From positions 1 through 58,658 of IMG/VR virus record IMGVR_UViG_3300025608_000023: a stretch of 58,658 bases of DNA. One strand, 5' to 3'. The translations under genes and the position numbers were made by a program. A model generated the notes under the pieces. That model saw only the letters and a list, made by a program, of their open reading frames with translations. It was not told where the DNA came from and searched no databases. This document shows, piece by piece, positions 57,645 to 58,658 of the stretch (positions are counted from its first letter, which is position 1; each line of letters begins with the position of its first letter). Source of the stretch: a virus. Its lineage: Duplodnaviria > Caudoviricetes.

Positions 57645-58342
57645 TGGACCCCATTAGCGCAATGGCTACCGCATCGGCGGCTTTTACAACACTTAAAAAA
57701 GGCTTTGCTATTGGTCGAGACATCGAGTCGATGGCATCAGATATCGGACGCTGGATGGGTGCGCTGTCTGACTTGGACCAAGCAGAAAAAGAAGCCAAGA
57801 ATCCTCCTATATTTAAGAAGCTGTTTGCTGGCAAGTCTGTTGAGCAAGAAGCGATGGAAGCCTTTGCAAACAAACGCAAGGCACAGCAGCAACGTGAAGA
57901 ACTAAAGAACTGGATTGAGTTTACGTTAGGCCGAAAGGCTTGGACTGATTTGATTGCTCAAGAAGGTGCAATCCGTAAACAACGTCAGGAGACTATCTAT
58001 CTGCAGCGTGAGAAGCGGCGCAAGTTTATAGCTGTGGTTGGCTGGATCTTTATGGGGCTAGTTGGTTTTGCTGTGTTGTCTGCTTTTGTGATGCTACTGA
58101 TGGCACATCAAGCTAAAGCAAGTACTAACTCAGACTACGTTATTTGTAGGAAGAGTGGCTGCACGAAGATAGACAATCAAGTAGCTTGTGTCTTTAACGG
58201 CGCAGGTAATACACAGGAAACTATGTTTTTTAGTAAGAATGAATGGATACCCCAAGAGTATCAGTGTAAGTATAAGCCGAATGAAAAACGTCCTCCTACA
58301 CTTAGAGAAACATTAGAAGCAATTAGAGAGTCACAAAAGTAA
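57644..58342 (+). CDS. Cassette B gene 3: membrane protein with C-terminal four-Cys domain
   Basis: Helical N-domain, TM FIAVVGWIFMGLVGFAVLSAFVMLL, CRKSGC...C...C. Confidence 0.7.
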   Translation: MDPISAMATASAAFTTLKKGFAIGRDIESMASDIGRWMGALSDLDQAEKEAKNPPIFKKLFAGKSVEQEAMEAFANKRKAQQQREELKNWIEFTLGRKAWTDLIAQEGAIRKQRQETIYLQREKRRKFIAVVGWIFMGLVGFAVLSAFVMLLMAHQAKASTNSDYVICRKSGCTKIDNQVACVFNGAGNTQETMFFSKNEWIPQEYQCKYKPNEKRPPTLRETLEAIRESQK

Positions 58343-58581
58343 TGAAGAAGCCACAGAAGAGCCTAGTTAATTGGACCAACCAAGATTGGCGCACTAAGAG
58401 TGGCGAGCCTTCAGCGAAGACGGGTGAGAGATATTTACCTGCAAAAGCAATAAAGTCCTTGACAAGTGCGGAGTACTCTGCTACAACTAAGGCTAAGAGA
58501 CAGGGAACTAAAGCTGGTAAGCAGCATGTATCGCAGCCTAAAAAGATTGCTAAGAAGACTGCACAATTTCGGAGGGGTTAA
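58342..58581 (+). CDS. Second allele of the 2473-2718 gene
   Basis: Near-identical; N-terminus MKKP here and MARAKS in copy 1. Confidence 0.8.
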   Translation: MKKPQKSLVNWTNQDWRTKSGEPSAKTGERYLPAKAIKSLTSAEYSATTKAKRQGTKAGKQHVSQPKKIAKKTAQFRRG

Positions 58582-58658
58582 TGTTAAACCTATTGATAGG
58601 CCCATTATCTCAATTAGCGGGAACATGGTTAGATGGAAAAGTTGAAAAGACTAAAGCA
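58581..58658 (+). CDS. Holin 5' end, truncated by the window
   Basis: Identical to 2718-2795. Confidence 0.8.
   Translation, partial: MLNLLIGPLSQLAGTWLDGKVEKTKA

Larger units (their letters stand above)
1..58658. mobile_element. Near-complete podovirus genome, HMO-2011-type (marine alphaproteobacterial phage); unit length 56823 bp with cassette A or 55863 bp with cassette B
   Basis: Terminase, portal, scaffold, capsid, tail tube, fibre and ejection genes on +; PolA with DnaJ-like Zn finger, primase, helicase, integrase and NrdJ on -; both contig ends match internal sequence. Confidence 0.9.

Noticed and set aside
56824-58658. Simple direct terminal repeat
   Set aside because: The two matches have different offsets (56823 and 55863) and enclose unrelated DNA, so this is not one terminal redundancy.
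1-58658. tRNA genes, phage RNA polymerase or stop-codon reassignment
   Set aside because: No cloverleaf with a T-loop motif noticed in the gaps, no RNAP-like ORF, and genes are intact and densely packed under the standard code. A tRNAscan-SE run would confirm.

Overview
The window appears to hold one complete, circularly permuted ~56-57 kb lytic/temperate podovirus genome. Its gene content matches HMO-2011-type marine alphaproteobacterial phages: family A DNA polymerase with an inserted DnaJ-like CxxCxGxG zinc finger, separate primase and DnaB helicase, tyrosine integrase, class II RNR, T7 endonuclease I, MazG, and no phage RNA polymerase. The + strand (53.2 kb through the wrap to 32.3 kb) carries basic small proteins, lysis, packaging, capsid, tail and ejection genes. 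The - strand (52.5 to 32.4 kb) carries early and replication genes. The contig passes one locus twice: 1-132 matches 56824-56958 and 2489-2795 matches 58352-58658, but two unrelated three-gene envelope-protein cassettes lie between these shared flanks. The flanking genes look like the two halves of one split protein family. Other signals are a recurrent [MFY]xxGG peptide tag in at least seven late proteins, host-like small regulators (DUF1127, RMF-like, ArfA-like), structured leaders, promoters embedded in gene ends and a sharp GATC asymmetry. All family names come from motif recall, not database searches.
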